Shown: positions 1 to 12,939 of the stretch, one piece after another
How the letters are laid out: each line of letters starts with the position of its first letter
How positions within the stretch are numbered: the first letter of the stretch is position 1
Assembly (NCBI RefSeq): GCF_006345805.1
Contig: NC_043010.1
Location: 2,542,001 to 2,606,000, forward strand
Reading direction: 5' to 3'
From: Octopus sinensis
Lineage: Eukaryota
DNA length: 64,000 bases
The notes under the pieces: generated by a model
Databases searched by the model: none
Told to the model about the DNA's origin: nothing
The model's input: the letters and a program-made list of their open reading frames with translations, nothing else
Position numbers and translations under genes: made by a program

Positions 1-54
1 TCTGTGTTTGTGCTTAGACATAGAGGAAGAGAAGAATGTGTGAGTGTATGAGCG

Positions 55-181
55 AATACACACACACATACATGCACGTATACACACACACACATATAGA
101 TAGATAGATATATAGATAGATAGATAGATAGAGAGATAGATCGATCGATAGGTAGGTAGATAGATAGAGAGAGAGAGAGAG

Positions 182-217
<36 letters not shown>

Positions 218-255
218 GTTAGATAGATTTACACATACACACACACATATACACA
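55..255. repeat. Compound microsatellite (CA/GATA/GA/GACA)
   Basis: Direct reading; many similar CA, TA and AAT tracts occur throughout the window. Confidence 0.95.
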
Positions 256-797
256 GGCATTTGTGTGTATTTTCTTGCAAGTTTGTATGTTTAGATATTA
301 AGTGTAGAAAGTAGGAAAACCATTTTCAGTGTTATTGAAATTGAAAACAGGAATGAAGGAATAAACATATTGAGCAAAAGTGAACTTTGAATATGAAGCA
401 ATGTCTTCTGAGAAACAGACTGAATGAAAACAAAAGATTATATACATATATGGAAAATAACCAAGATATGGCATATATATTATAAGTGTATGGGTATATG
501 TATATGGGAATCTATATGTATGTTTGCGTATGTATATGTGTGCATGCATATGTATGTATGTATGTATATGTGACGTTATGCATATTTGCATATTGGTATG
601 TGAGCATATATATATATGTATGTATTATGTACCTGTGTGTATGTGTCTGCATACATGTGTATGAATATATACCATTCTTATGTAGTTCATTATCACAGCT
701 AAAGCTTTCTAATATTTAAATTTATTTCAGTATTTCTGATTCACACTGTGATGTACAAAAATATATGTGCATACATGTGTGCATACATACATATTGT

Positions 798-2014
798 TGT
801 AGGGAATTAGTAATAATGGTACACCCCTCCCATGTGATGAATGGAATAACCTAGTCACTCTAAGTAAAGCAAAGTACGTGAAGTACCAGAGTACGTCATA
901 GACAGTCAGAGATAGTGGTGTCTTTACTGATTTTATTAAGTATACTGTATACCGAAATGGGCGTTATAACAACCAAGCATTTTAAGGTTATGATAGTGGC
1001 AACGAGGATTTAAACAACTCTATGAGGAATTAATAAAATCTATGAGGAATTAACGACTCACAAGGAGGTAACAAAATCACAAAAGTTTTGTTGTGTGAAT
1101 TTTATGGGAAAAAAGTGGTAAAATCATGGAAAATTTGTCGGTCAGCTTACTCTTTTACTTGTTTCAGTCATTTGACTGCGGCCATACTGGAGCACCACCT
1201 TTAGTCGAGCAAATTGACCCCAGGACTTATTCTTTGTAAACCTAGTACTTATTCTATCAGTCTCTTTTGCCGAACTGCTAAGTTACAGGGACGTAAAGAC
1301 ACCAGCATCGGTTGTCAGGGTAGGTCAGCTACAAAGCTGATTTTTGCGAGGAATGTAAAATCAGCCTTTCATAAATTGCTGCCTGGCAAGAAAAGAAGAA
1401 GTGCCAGGGAAGACATAGCAAGATTCTTTAAAGTTGGTGAAAAGGAGTGTATGGAAAGCAGAGTTAGGAAGATGGTGTAATTTACCAAATGCATAGGTAA
1501 AATAATGTATTGGGTAAAAAGTAGAAAAGGCATACAAAAGAGACGCAGGAACCAACTGAAAAAGAAATTCGTGGAAAGTGAACCAAAGAAGTTGGAGGAA
1601 CCAATGGAATGGCTGTATGACATGTTCCAAGTACCCAATGCCTCCGCAGATGATTGAACCCAGGCATATACAAGTGAGAGGAAAAGAAAACATATAGAGT
1701 TCTGAGAACAGATGCCATGCACAAAAAATATTAATTTGTATGCAAAAAAGAAAAACTCAAAAAAGGAAGGTGGGGTGAATAAAAAAAAAATTATTGCTGA
1801 ATAAAATGATAGTTCCTAAGAAAAATATAAAATGGGGGATGGTAGGGAATTAGTAATAATGGTACACGCTTCCCATGTAGCAAATGGAATAACCTAGTCA
1901 CTATAAGTAAAGAGGAGTATGTGAAGTACCAGAGTACATAGTAGGAGGTCGGAGATAGTCATGTCTTTACTGGTTTTACTAAGTATACTGTATACTGAAG
2001 TGGGCTTTGTAACA
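798..2014 (+). mobile_element. Miniature or internally deleted LTR retrotransposon (Gypsy-like signals)
   Basis: Direct repeats of about 174 bp (798-971 and 1840-2014), ungapped and about 85% identical, start TG and end TAACA. PBS-like TGGCAACGAGGAT at 997-1009, purine tract aaaatggggga just before the 3' repeat, and a decayed Lys/Arg-rich reading frame at 1335-1740. Confidence 0.75.
1148..1322 (-). mobile_element. SINE family A, 3' half, nested in the LTR element
   Basis: Family A tail (ttttacttgtttcagtcatttgactgcggccat); 8 bp TSD ggtcagct at 1140-1147 and 1323-1330. Confidence 0.85.
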
Positions 2015-2265
2015 CACACATACATATATATATATTTATATCCATGATTGTATAAAGAATGCTCAGACAACATGTATACACAGTCTTTGCTGAAACATTA
2101 GTAAAATATAGTAGATGCTGTAAATACACAGGAAAATGATGATTTAATATTTTCATTGAACACTTTCAGCCTGTTATATGGTCACTTTACATCAGCAGTC
2201 TGTTTTAACTTATACATTACCTGATGAAAAAACTTAGGATGAAGATGAAGTTGTCAAGTGATGGT

Positions 2266-2458
2266 ATTTGTCCCCCACCATCACTTGACAACTTATGTTG
2301 GTGTGTTTACATCCCCATAACTTAGTAGTTTGGCAATAGAATAAGTACCAGGCCTTAGAAAAAATGTCCTTGGATCAATTTGTTAGACTAAAACCCTTCA
2401 AAGCAGTGCTCCAGCATGGCTGCATTCAAATGATTGAAACGAGTAAGAGATAAAAGAC
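2266..2458 (+). mobile_element. SINE family A, 3' half
   Basis: Matches the family A tail ending ccagcatggc...tgaaacgagtaaga. Confidence 0.75.
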
Positions 2459-2689
2459 AAAAATGTAGTGTTTTCGTTTATGTAAGGAGTCTTGGACATT
2501 TACCCCCTAAGGAACAATAACCAGCCGCAAGACAATTTAAAACTTCTTAATATATTGGAGAGGAGGTAATTAACCAAGGGGGGTAATTTTCCTTGGGGGT
2601 GGTTGTTGTCAGGGGGAATTGTGCTCGCAGGGGTAATAGACCTGATACATATGTAAGTATCTTCTACTGTAGTCCTGAGCATGTATGTA

Positions 2690-2892
2690 TGTCTCCCTGC
2701 CACTGCTCGACAACTGGTGTGGGTTCGTTTACATTCCTGTAGACAAACTTAGTGTCTCAGCAAATGAGACCAACAGAATAAGTACCAGACTTTAAAAAGA
2801 AGAAAAAATTACCGCGATTTGTTTGTTTGACTAAGCATTTCAAAGCAATGCCCCAGCATGGCCACAGTCCAATGACTGAAACAAGTAAGAGG
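2690..2892 (+). mobile_element. SINE family A, 3' half
   Basis: Matches the family A tail ending gactgaaacaagtaag. Confidence 0.75.
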
Positions 2893-3042
2893 CAAAAAAT
2901 AAGCTAAAACCATATTTCCAAATGCAAAGGTACAAATTCATGCCTTAAAACAGTGGCAACATCAACCACTTGCTTCTTTAAAGATGAAACACTGCCTCAG
3001 GTCTTCAAACTTCTTTGAATAAATTCTCAGCCATTGTAACTG

Positions 3043-3295
3043 TCATCATCATCATCATCATCATTTAATGTCCGTTTTCCATGATGGCATAGGTTGGATG
3101 GTTTGACAGAAGCTGACCAACTGAAGAGCTGCCCAGGATCTGTGTGTTTTGGCATGGTCTCTATGACTGGATGCCTTTCCTAACAACAACCACTTTACAG
3201 AGTGTACTGGGTGCATTTACACAACACCAGCACAGGCGTGTTTTATGTGGCACCAGTACAGGTGCTTTTTACATGGCACCAGTACCCATGGGTCC
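3043..3295 (-). mobile_element. Repeat family C (RTE 3'-tail type)
   Basis: (CAT)n followed by ttaatgtccgttttccatg...ctggatgcctttcctaac, as in other family C copies. Confidence 0.75.
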
Positions 3296-3626
3296 GCAAG
3301 GTAAAGAAGGCACAATCACACGATTATACATCAGCCTTGGGTAGTAAGATTTAATATGCTACCCAATTTAACACCACCACATAGCACCTTACACTCCTTT
3401 AGTGGAGTTCACTGTTTCAATCTTTTGGGCTTGTCTCCTCATTGAGGATACTTTCCTTTCTCTATAGCTGTCCCTGAAGCCCTTTAGCTCCCGACTAAAG
3501 TTGAAAAAAGAAAAAAAATCAACTATCCCAGTCATGTGATGAAAGTGATAGTTTGACCTTTTGTGATCAGAAGAAAATATATCCAAAAGTGAACAACTCT
3601 ACAGAGCTTTCCCTAGTACCTATTAC

Positions 3627-3860
3627 CTATTTCTTTACTACCAACAAGGGGATAAACACAGAGGGGACAAACAAGGACAGACAAAGGGATTAAGTCGATT
3701 ACATCGACCCCAGTGCGTAACTGGTACTTAATTTATTGACCCCAAAAGGATGAAAAGCAAAGTCGACCTTGGCGGAATTTGAACTCAGAACGTAATGGCA
3801 GACGAAATACAGCTACGCATTTCGCCCGATGTGCTAATGTTTCTGCCAGCCCACCGCCTT
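3627..3860 (-). mobile_element. SINE family B (tRNA-derived), full length
   Basis: A/B-box head and gtcgactttgcctttcatcc core; 15 bp TSD cctagtacct[a/g]ttac at 3612-3626 and 3861-3875. Confidence 0.9.
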
Positions 3861-6800
3861 CCTAGTACCTGTTACTATCAGCTCGCTGATACAGTACAAT
3901 AAAGATGAAAGTTTTAACTGCAGTCTATTTGAACAGGCTGTCGTTGATCAGATAGTCTAATACAATACCCATCAGTTTTACTACAATATGTCTGTATGTA
4001 TGTATTATTAATGTTATTGTTTATGTTTAGGTTAACTTCCTTTGAGGGGGATAAATGAACAAAGGTGTTTGAGTTATAATAATAGCTTATTTCTAGCCAT
4101 TGTTTGGCCATCAGAAATATTCCCTAACTCAGAAAATAGGTGAGGATTAGCAACAGGAAGAGCATCTGATCATAGAAAAGGCTGCCTCGACAAATTCTGT
4201 CTGACCCATGCAAGCAGGGAAGGTGGATATTTGATGATGATGAAGTATCTCATCTAACAGGAGCTTTCTTTTTGATACGGTAGAGTGATTCAAGGTAGAT
4301 TTGGTTACTACTTTTATTTCAACAAAATAAGAGACCTTGTAAGGCTCTCTCAATGTGTTATGTGTATATGTAGGTGTACATATGTCTTAGATAGATCCAG
4401 TTCAATAACTATTTGGAGATGAAGTACGCTGCTGCCTCTACAACAGAAGTAGCACTATTTTCATTATGTATAAATCAATAGAATAACAGCATCAAAACTC
4501 AGAATTCTTTGTAAAAAGTTTCAAAAATTATCCAAATCTCAATGAACAAAGAATAACACATAGAGATAAATTCTTTCTCTTTACTAGCAGAAGGATAGTT
4601 GTTCAATAACCCAGCCTGATCATCCTATATAAAGTTAGATAAATTATACAGTAAGTTACAGGTATATATCCATTTGAGAAATATAGTGGGGGTGGTTTAC
4701 TACACTTTGTAACATAATCTTCAGAAAATAATAAACTCAATATTCTGTTTTACACACTGAAGACTAGCTACATTTTTAAAATTGAGTTTAGGCAAATCTT
4801 AGCAATGGGAATTGACTAAACTTTGGCTGTCAGTAACAGGCTCAGCTTAATTTTGGCAGTAGAGATTCTGCTAAATTTTTTAGAATAACATCCAATTTCA
4901 AAACCATTTTAAAAATTTTCTTTGTTATTTATAAGACACAAAGTATTGTTTTACAGAACAATTGTATTGGAAGCCTTCTGAGAGTTACGTTCTATAAGAA
5001 ATGTGGAATGCAATCTGTTGAGAGAATATGGGATTACATAAAAAGGGTACATGAAATTAGATATTAATGAACAATAGAAATATGTATTCTCCCTCTTTCA
5101 CACACATACAACACAAACAAAGATATATGTGCACACACATGCATACACACAGAGGGAGGGAAAGAGATGCTTGAAGTATAAACACGAGAAAATATACTCA
5201 ATACATATAATGCACTTTATTCATTCACTTAAAGCTGATGATTCTCTCAACCAGCAATTTAAGTTTCTTGCTTCGTGCCATAGTTCATGTAACAAGAAAA
5301 AGAATCTTTTTGCTGCATGGACTACACACAAGCACTGAGCAGCTGTTGACGAATCATCAGTGACAAATGAATATATAACAATAACAACAATAGTTTCTGA
5401 TTTAGACACAAGGCCGTCAATTTTGAGGAGTTGGGGTAAACTGATATCACAGACCACACCCCAGACCTAACTAGTCCTTTATTTTATCGACTTCTGGGAT
5501 TTAAACTTGAAATGTAGAGGTGAAAAAGCAAAAAATAAATAAGGCATTTTATCTGAGGCACCAACAACACAACATAATTTGTAAGTTGCTTCATGAACAA
5601 AGTAGAATGCGCTAAAGAAGATTTGTTGTAACACATAGTTAAAGACAGGTACTGCTTTATAACTTTTAAATATTATAATATTGTGTGTGTGTGTGTGTGT
5701 GTGTATTTTGGATGGATAGATGGATGGATGGATAGATAGCTAGATGATATATAGGCACACATTAACCTGTTGTTACCAGATTGTCATATCAACAGAAATG
5801 GATTATATCCTCTAAACAAGTAACTGATTGGAGACCATAACAGACTCTACTCCTTGAGGTATTCAGTACCTTTTTTGTATCTAAGTTTTGCTCAAACAAA
5901 CAAAATACAGGGACAATGCAAAGACAAGCCTACACATGCATAGATACATAAACACACATAAACAGACACGTGAAGTTTTCATGGTGTAGATTATACAAAC
6001 TAGTCTCAATTGTTCTTTTGAACTATTTTACTTCAAATTTATGCCATTAATGTCTTTGGGAAAGGCATAAATACCACAAACTAACATTTTCTTTCCCCTA
6101 CTTCCTTCCTTAGTCACACAGAAGAATATCTGATAATAAAAAAAAAGTCAAACATACAACCATTGTTCATACTTGCATCTGATAAATATTTATTGATTAA
6201 CAGATGGGAATGTGTGTGTAAGTGTATACGTGTGTGTGTGTGGGTGTGGTGGGGGGAGTGTGGTTATTGAACATAAACACTCTTTGTTTCTTTCACCAGC
6301 GCTCACACATATTTTCCGGTGTTATCTCGTAAAATATATGCATATATTCTCTTTCAGCAATGCAACGAAACAAACACGACTGTAGACTTAACATTTTATG
6401 TGTGATACAAAGAGAGAGAGACATGAGAAAGATGGGGGAAAGATGATGTGATGAGGTGATTAGGTGATGAGGATCTATATTTTCCAGTTGACACCAACCT
6501 CTGGGACTAGAACACCAGAGAAATATCTCGCTGAACTAAACTGCAGTCAAGAGACTCTAATAATGGAAGTAGTCTCACTCGGAGATTAAAACTAATGTTA
6601 GATATTATCACTGGTAAACAACTGAGAAAGAATCAGCACCCAGCCATCGACATTTCCAATTTATGAGTGTCACAGAAACTCGAACACATCAACGAAGACG
6701 ATTCTTGTTTGATTTGTTTTCTTTCTTTCTTCACTGCTCTTTATTCAAATACTAATAGTAGAGTTCACTTTAAACTGGGTTCTAAAAGCCACTGACATGC

Positions 6801-8905
6801 AATAGGTTAAGAAATATGACTATTTAAATTTCAAAGATGTTTTATTTTAGAGGATTAGAGGTATGTTCCATGGTAGAGAGTTTTTTTTGCAGTTTGCAGA
6901 AGTAAATTGGTTTTGGTAAAAAAAAATTGGTGTAATTTTAGATTGGTGTTTTACAGAGATTCCTTGGATAGGAATTCATCAGACATGAAGAAAAAAATGT
7001 GATAGCAAATAAAATTTTTGGAACTAGATTTGCAGCTGTGTGGAAAAGAAAGATGGTGGTAATGATATGTCAGGGCACACACACAAGTTACAGGAAGATG
7101 AATATAAGAAAAGCAGCATGGGTAGGTAAATAGGTTCATAAGAGCATGAAGGAAAATAACAGATGAATAGAGATGGAAATAGAAGTTAAATGCAGTGAAA
7201 GGTGAACATGGTAGGGGCATAGTCAATAATACATATTAATATGGGTTTCAACAGTAAGCTTAAAAAAGCCAACAAAGGATTCCCTATGTAATTGCTTGAC
7301 CTACTAAAAAAGACAGCCAAATTTCCCTCAAATTTCACACATAACTAGGTTTGAAAAGAAAGGCAAATTAGATAATGTAATCCTGGATTCGTTATGCATA
7401 AGAAAATGATGCGACAGTCACTGCAAAAATACCGTTGGCCAAAAGTATAATTAACCAGAGCTAAGTTGGAGATAAACAGCAAAAACAATTAATAAGTCTA
7501 CATATAACCTCTGTTAGAAGGTTGCGATTATTAAAAAGAAGCTTTTCCCTCTCTCTCTCTCTCTGTCTCATACACACATGCACACAACACACATACACAC
7601 ACACTCATATAAGTTTGAGTTTGTGTGTGCGTGTATGCGTGTCCTCTGCTTCATAGTTGAGTGAAATAAGCTCGAGAGTTCAGTGGTATGAGAAAGAACA
7701 CTTGATCCCAACATGCAAGATTCTACATATTAAAAAAAACCATATGCATATATGTCATACATATAATACATTATATATACAAATATATACACACAGACAT
7801 TACACACATACATATAAATGGGTTTGCTAAAGTGTACAAGGTGTCAAAAAAAGGTGAGTATTAAAAAAGAAAAACACCAGCCAACTCAATATTTTATGTA
7901 GTCTATGTCTAACACAAAACACAAACACAATTGTGAAACATGCAAAACTACATAAATTTACAAATGTGCACTCGCATGCACACACACACAGTCACGCACA
8001 GAAATAGACACCCGTGAATTGAAAATATTCAGAAAATACACAGAAACAAACATAGGCTCATTAGCATAAAATTATTCATAAATGCAAACATACAGCCTCC
8101 ACTCATTCATATCACCCACACAAAAATACACAGAGTTACAAATGTGCTTACACACTCCACAAAAACAGATGTGACAACATCAACACATATACAGACATAC
8201 TTTCATACACACATGCATGCATGTGTGTGCGTGCGTGTTTGTCTGTGTGCATATATATATATATATAGAGAGAGAGAAATAGATAAATAGACAGATAGAT
8301 AGATATAAATACACACACACATAAAACACAAATATATGTAAACATATATGCAAGTATAGACAAATAGATACACAGCCACAGTCATAAAGGTAGCTGTACA
8401 AAAGAGAAGTAGACACACATTAAAACAAACCCATCCATTCTCCAAGCACTTGCATAAAGAAAATTGAACTTATATAGCGAAACATGTTTACACTTACATC
8501 TCTATTTACACACACAACTACCCCAAATTCAGTCTTACTCACATGACTAAGTCAATTACACGATCAAAATAATATATGAATACACAAGAATCTTCGGTGA
8601 ATTTTTATCAGAAAATCTGTTATCTATTCTATGTAGCTAGGTAAAGTAGGTTCAACACATATGTTGGATGGATTATATCAAGAAATGTGGTACTGCAAAA
8701 AAATCAAAGATGATTGCACATCTGTAAACGCTTAGGATCTGTGAATCAAGTCCTTAAAGTATCAAGGACAGAAAGTCTTCTTTTTGCTTGGACAGTGTCC
8801 AAGAACAGACAAATGCGATTAAGAGGACGCCCAAATTGCCTGTTCGTTACCTGATGTCACTTCTCTCACTTCGGCAGATCATGCACTAACATTCCCTTTC
8901 ACTCC

Positions 8906-8955
8906 TTATGCAGCATCCACTCTGCCACAGGGCTCTAAATAGTGATGGTCACTCC
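8906..8955 (-). CDS. Candidate terminal coding exon of the protocadherin (G-SDHHYLEPCGRVDAA*)
   Basis: Phase-1 compatible with the 12940 donor and in non-repetitive, locally GC-richer sequence. The acceptor (atattgaag|GG) is weak, and alternatives exist at 12776 and near 6610. Confidence 0.3.
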
Positions 8956-9062
8956 CTTCAATATTGATGTATGAGTGTTTAAAAAAATAAAGTAAAGGAT
9001 TAAAAATAAAGAAGCTGTATCCTTTTGCAAAGGATGCATGAATGTAATTTGAGTCCAAGTAA

Positions 9063-9073
9063 GGATGATGATG

Positions 9074-9105
<32 letters not shown>

Positions 9106-9115
9106 CATAATAATC

Positions 9116-9149
<34 letters not shown>

Positions 9150-9162
9150 TAATAATAATAAA
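9063..9162. repeat. (AAT)n microsatellite
   Basis: Direct reading of the sequence. Confidence 0.95.
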
Positions 9163-9344
9163 CAAAATCAATGGTAAAATGGTTATCAGCAAAACAAAAA
9201 AAAAAGCATTCATCAAAAATAACTATAATTGAGGAGGTGGGGAAACAACTGAACTAATTCCAAAAAGAATATGGAATCAAAAAGTTTAACATATGAAGAA
9301 ATGAGACAGAATGTCCTTTGATAAAAATATCAAAGACATACTTA

Positions 9345-9705
9345 GGTGCAGGAATGGCTGTGTAGTTAAGAAGCAGGTTTTGCAGCCACATGGTTTTGGG
9401 TTCAGTTCTACCTAGGGGTAAGTGTATCCTATAATAGCTGTGGGCTAACCAATATCTTGTGAATGAATTTGGTTGAGAGAAACTGTAAAAAAACCTGCCA
9501 TGTGTATGTATGTGATCATTGCCTACTGCTTGACAACCAGTGTTGGTCTGTTTGCATTCCCATGACTTAGTGATTTGACAAAAGAGACCAATAGAATACC
9601 AGACTTCAAAAGCATGAGTGCTAGCGTTAATTTATTTGACTAAAACCCTTCAAGATGGTGCCCCAGCATGGTTGCAGTCCAATGACTGAAACAAGTAAAA
9701 GAAAG
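9345..9705 (+). mobile_element. SINE family A, full length
   Basis: tRNA-like head (tggctgtgtagttaag...gggttcagttc), central microsatellite and tail gactgaaacaagtaaaag. Confidence 0.85.
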
Positions 9706-9719
9706 GTAAAAGAAAGATA

Positions 9720-10595
9720 TAGACATCAAGAAATATTAATATCATAACTGGAAAAAGATTATTGAAGATATGTGTGCGTGGTCCACTCTAGTGTAAGGTG
9801 CTGAAACATGGATATTAAATAAAAGCACTGACAAACAGATCATTAAGATGTAAGCACATAGAAGACTTTTGAGAATATATCAGAGGCAGAACACAAAGAC
9901 CAAAAGCTAAGAACTTTATTAGACATTAACAAAGATAGAAAACAAAATATTTTGGCCAAAAGTAAGGCTGTGTGGTTAAGAATCTCGCTTTGCAACCATG
10001 TGGTTTTGGGTTCAGTCCCACTGTGCAGCACCTTGGGCAAGTGTTTTTTTACTTTGGCCCCAGGCTGACCAATACCTTGTGAGAGAATTTGGTAGGTGTA
10101 AACTGTGTATAAGCCCATTGTATAGATATATATATAGTTATATATGTATGCATGTAACTTTTTGTGTTTATCCCCCATCACCACTTGACAGCTGGTGTTG
10201 GTTTGTTTAAATCCCTGTAACATAGTGGTTTGGCAAAAGAGACCAACAGAATAAGTACCAGACTTATATTTAAGTACTGTGGGTGATCTGTCCGACTAAA
10301 CCCTTCAAGGTGGTGCCCCAGCATGGCTGTAGTCCAATGACTGAAACAAGTAAAAAAATAAATAAATAAAAGATAAGCGATGTAATTAGTAAAAATGGAT
10401 TAGAGATATAGTGTTAATAGAAGGTAAATAAATGAGAGAAGTGAAACAAGAAAATGAAGAATTATGTGGATGGAATATATCAAGAATTGAACATATTTAA
10501 ACTATAGTGAACGTATAAAAGCAGCACAAGAAAGATGAACATGGTGAGCCATGGTATTCAACCTCTGAGCAGAAACAATATTTGATGACGATGAT
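9720..10595 (+). mobile_element. RTE (BovB-like) LINE 3' fragment, decayed and interrupted by a SINE
   Basis: Translates in pieces to VWSTLV*GAETWILNKSTDKQI and, after the SINE, to IVLIEG...YVDGISR...AAQER; ends in a tgatgacgatgat tail. Confidence 0.6.
9962..10356 (+). mobile_element. SINE family A, full length
   Basis: Head ggctgtgtggttaag...gggttcagtcccactg and tail gactgaaacaagtaaaa. Confidence 0.85.
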
Positions 10596-11862
10596 AATGG
10601 TGGGAAGTGTTTCTGGCCAAAAGCAAAACATAGGTTTGATACTCGTGGCACCGTAATCCCAGAATGTATTCATTCACCAATTATCCCTCTCTCATTCTCT
10701 CTCCTCTTTCTTTCCTCCCCACAACACAAACATATTTAAGGTATATATAACACAGTATGCCTGATCAATAAATGTTATAACTCCAACTTTCTAATTAAGT
10801 CACTAGTCATTCTTCACCATTAGTAAGGAAGAAGTTTCCAGCTAGTGATTAAAAAAAAAATGGTCCAAATAGATTTTCAGTTTCTCAAAACTCATTCTAT
10901 TTATGCGTACATGTAAAAACTGGATGCAGAATAATTTCAAAAACTGAAGAGGGTAAAAAAACACTTGTGTGAATACCAAAGGATCGGGTAATGATTTTTA
11001 AATTACCTATACTGCCTAGAACAGCTTCATCGTTATTTCATATCTAAAAATCAATCAGACATTTTAAATTATATCTACAAAAAATTCACTTGAATGATTA
11101 ACATGAAGTTCTTCAACAACCCACAGCTTTTTTTTAATTTTTATACGATTAAGTCTCAATAAAGTTGATTGACAGAAAGCTTAAATGACTGAATATCATA
11201 GACACAAGGAAAACAAGATGATGGGAGTGAGTTCCAATGGTTTCAAGAAAGAAGATATTAGAATAAAAGAACTTATGATGAACAAGCTCAACTGAGAAAC
11301 AATGCACCCTGGGAAGAAAAGATATGTTATGACAGAGGATACCAGACCAGAAAGCTCATCAGAGCAATGATCATGGAAATACTTATAAAAAGACATAATA
11401 AAGATGATTTTTGATGATGAGCCAAAGACTCCAACCTAGCAGAAAGATGGCCCACCATAACCCTCTGGCTTACCAGCTCCAGTCAAACCATCTAATCCAT
11501 GCTAGCATGGAAAACAGCCACTAAATATTGATGATTTTGAATTTGAGGAATCATGTTAAGACAATCAAAGGAAGCACCAATGCAAAGTTGACTGGTGACC
11601 TAACAGAGACGCAAGATGTGCTGTCTCCACCCTTTGCTCTTTCTGCTGATTTTCCCATGTTTGCATGGGTCAGATGGAAATAATTGCATCTGGATGCTCT
11701 TCCTGTCACCAACCCTTTCCAAGCATGGTAATATTTTCCTATAGCCAAATATATTTTTCATAGAGGACTGGGAATGAAGAACCTCGATACTATGGTGATG
11801 ATGGTGATGACGATGATGATGATGCTCATTTACAATCATCATGTGATGTCTAGGCAAGGGCG

Positions 11863-11897
<35 letters not shown>

Positions 11898-12939
11898 ATA
11901 CATATATATATATATATAATGATGACAACTGTATAGTAATGTAAGACAATAAAAGACAGGTTATAGATCTCATAATATAGATGTCTGCTTAGAATTAACA
12001 TAAGTGGCTAGCTCACTGGTAAAGTGCCTGATGAGAACTCTTTAGGCTGCCATTCCTTCAGACTATGAACAATCTCCTTCTATATATATAAAGAAACAGG
12101 CTTTGTTTCTACACTGTTGGAGTTATGAAATTCTTTTGATGAACAGAATGGAAGGTTCTACAATAAAAGGAAAATGTATAAATGAAAAATAAACCTAAAA
12201 AAAAAAAAATTGTGTGTGTGTGTACAGGCACATACACACACATACTTTTATATACAGCTAACACTTCAGGGCACTCCATGCATGTGTGTGTGTGTGAATT
12301 GTGACTCTCAGCTTAAATGAAAAACTTAGTACCTAGTTGATGCAAGAATGTTTTCTCCTTTCTCTCTATATATAAACTTATCAATCTATTTATCTTCGAA
12401 ACAATCCATTCTATAATGAATTGTATCAAAGAGAGAGAGAAAATATAGATGGAAGAGCCAATAGATATGCATACTAAATTCTACCAAGTTCAGAAATTTA
12501 TTTTTCTCTATCCTTCCCTCCTTGCTACTGCTCTTTGATAACATCTCATTATCCCATTGAAAGAACTATCTTGTAGCAAAGCTGTGCCAAGTTCTGTACA
12601 GTTTAAATCTTCATTGTCACTAAGAGGACAGGGGTCAATTTTATTATTTAACCTCCACTGTTCTAAAATAACATCAACCATATTCACCTTACTATACTCC
12701 TGCACCTCATGAATTACAAATCCAGGAGGGATCTACCAGGCTGTGTGCTATACCTTTGCCTGACTGCCCCAGGAAACTACATAGAAATAAATATATATAT
12801 ATATATATAGACGAATAAATAGATAGATAGATAAATAAGGTGATGCCGTCTCTTAAATGAAAATATCCTTGATATTTCGTTAAGGGCCGACTGTAAGGTG
12901 TAAGGCAGTGCTATTAGAGGTTATTGGCAAAATGTTTAC

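Noticed and set aside
6470-6640. Possible exon on either strand (plus: tattttccag|TTGACA...; minus: tttaccag|TGATAA...)
   Set aside because: Stops occur in all frames within about 35 codons, with no recognisable motif and no partner exons on the plus strand.
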